15,800 nucleotides of DNA from Pseudomonadota bacterium (GTDB lineage: Bacteria > Pseudomonadota > Gammaproteobacteria > JAKAQQ01), in NCBI GenBank assembly GCA_027320085.1, contig DAHVLZ010000012.1, positions 1-15,800 of the forward strand. Reading direction: 5' to 3'. Positions 14,246 to 15,800 of this stretch are shown one piece after another; position 1 is the first letter of the stretch; the number at the start of each line of letters is the position of its first letter. Below the pieces are notes generated by a model. It worked only from the letters and a program-made list of their open reading frames with translations. It did no database searches and was not told the DNA's origin. A program made the position numbers and the translations under genes.

Positions 14246-15465
14246 ACACTCATCCGGATTTCCGCTCTCCCGTTTTCCTGCGCGACCACATCGCCCGGAC
14301 ACTCGCCTTCTACCGGCCGGTGGCCCCCGACCCCGCGGGCGGATTTTTCCACTACTTCCGGGACGATGGGTCGGTTTACGACCGGGGGCACCGTCATCTC
14401 GTGAGCAGTACCCGTTTCGTGTTCAACTTTGCGCGGGCTTTTCGGGAATGGAAGGATCCCGAGGACCGGAGGCTCGCGGAGCACGGGCTCGATTTTCTCC
14501 ACACGGCCCACCGGGAGCCCGATGGGGCGTACCTCTGGACGCTCCGGGATGGCTTGCCGGAGGACCGGACGCGCCATGCCTATGGCCACGCTTTTGTCCT
14601 CCTGGCCCATGCCACGGCGCTCGAGGCCGGGCTCGGGGAGGCCCTGTCCGGTCTCCGGGAAGTCTGGGAGCTGCTCGAAACCCGCTTCTACGATCCTGAG
14701 GCCGGGCTCTACCGGGACGAGGCCACCCCCGACTGGCATTTTTCGCCCTACCGGGGACAGAATGCCAACATGCATCTTTGCGAGGCGATGATCGCCGCCT
14801 ACACGGCAACCGGCGAGCGGCACTTCCTGGACCGGGCGGCCCAGCTGGCCCATCGCATGACGCGGGATGAGGCCGCACTCGGCGGCGGTCTCATCTGGGA
14901 GCACTATGGTCCCGACTGGCAGATCGACTGGGAATACAACCGGGACCATCCCCGGGACCTGTTCCGGCCCTGGGGCTTCCAGGTCGGGCACCAGATCGAG
15001 TGGGCCAAGCTGCTTCTGATCCTGGATCGCCTGGATCCATCCCCCTGGCGGAGGGAGCGGGCGCAAGAGCTTTTTGACCGGGCGTGGGCGCTTGGGTGGG
15101 ATGAGGCCCAAGGCGGTCTCTACTACGGCATCCGCCCGGACGGAGCCGTGGCCGATCCGGAGAAGTATTTCTGGGTACAGGCCGAGGCCATCGCCGCCTC
15201 GGCGCACCTGGCCTGTGCGACCGGCGAGGAGCGGTACTGGCAGTCCTACGAATCACTCTGGAACTACGCCTGGACGTTTTTCATCGATCACCGCCACGGG
15301 GCCTGGTACCGCATCCTCACGGCGGACAACCGGAAAATCAGTGACGAAAAGAGCCCGGCCGGGAAATGCGACTATCACACGATGGGGGCCTGCTACGAGG
15401 TTTTGGGACTGATCGATCCCGAACCCGGGCGTGTTGTCAAACCAGTTCTGAAATGTCCCCTCTGA
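14242..15465 (+). CDS. AGE-family epimerase/isomerase, probably D-mannose isomerase
   Basis: The GTG start overlaps the kinase TGA (GTGA) and gives MNTHPDFRSPVFLRDHI. Motifs RHLVSSTRF, YGHAFVLLA, YRGQNANMHLCEA, GHQIEWAKLL, KYFWVQAE and GKCDYH include the catalytic His residues. Confidence 0.92.
   Translation: MNTHPDFRSPVFLRDHIARTLAFYRPVAPDPAGGFFHYFRDDGSVYDRGHRHLVSSTRFVFNFARAFREWKDPEDRRLAEHGLDFLHTAHREPDGAYLWTLRDGLPEDRTRHAYGHAFVLLAHATALEAGLGEALSGLREVWELLETRFYDPEAGLYRDEATPDWHFSPYRGQNANMHLCEAMIAAYTATGERHFLDRAAQLAHRMTRDEAALGGGLIWEHYGPDWQIDWEYNRDHPRDLFRPWGFQVGHQIEWAKLLLILDRLDPSPWRRERAQELFDRAWALGWDEAQGGLYYGIRPDGAVADPEKYFWVQAEAIAASAHLACATGEERYWQSYESLWNYAWTFFIDHRHGAWYRILTADNRKISDEKSPAGKCDYHTMGACYEVLGLIDPEPGRVVKPVLKCPL
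15435..15460. mobile_element. Putative IS terminal inverted repeat (ISNCY/IS1202-like or IS21-like); the element would extend beyond the window
   Basis: TGTCAAACCAGTTCTGAAATGTCCCC has the TGT...GAAATGTCC pattern of such IS ends. Downstream DNA is less GC-rich and has no convincing ORF. No transposase is visible in the window. Confidence 0.5.
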
Positions 15466-15800
15466 TGGGGTGGATCAGGAAGTAAGGAAGGAGCGCGGTC
15501 CTGACTTTGTGGATCTACGCTGCCAAGAGAGGTCGGGACAAGGCTGCCGGATGGGATGATCAACCGGGCCGCCTTCAACCGAAGGCTTGTCGAATGGCGG
15601 GTCGCCGACAACACCCTCGTTCTCCATCACCATCTCGGCAACCTTCCCCACTATCCTTGCTTCCTTCAACACCAACCTGAGTGCCAAAAGGGGTGGGCTG
15701 ATAGGGAGTGATCCAAACTGAAGTGGTCGCGAGCATCAGGCAGGCTCCTTGATGGATCCACCCAGTCAAGGTTCCCAACGGCGGCGGTTGGCCCGGATGG

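Noticed and set aside
9398-15207. Long overlapping ORFs opposite GH92, transporter, kinase and isomerase (e.g. 9398-10531, 10961-11986, 13085-14302, 13963-15207)
   Set aside because: Typical high-GC antisense shadows of well-supported genes, with no recognisable motifs.

Overview
GC-rich bacterial (probably proteobacterial) window with two parts. The left part (1-~8100) is an accessory region. It holds three exported hypothetical proteins, a VOC/glyoxalase gene and a zeta-toxin-like P-loop kinase followed by a 53-aa ORF that the ORF track omits. That pair lies between a decayed IS3-family remnant and a decayed IS1595-family remnant. The part ends with an 891-aa secreted protein built from about 23 Sel1-like repeats, preceded by a near-consensus sigma70 promoter. 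The right part (~8165-15465) is a visibly more GC-rich alpha-mannoside utilisation locus. A GH92 alpha-mannosidase fused to an Ig-like domain and a 7-bladed YVTN-type propeller is transcribed divergently from an operon of FucP/GluP-type MFS transporter, PfkB sugar kinase and AGE-family (mannose) isomerase. The last codons of the isomerase run into what looks like an IS terminal inverted repeat. All family assignments come from motif recognition by eye; no searches were run.
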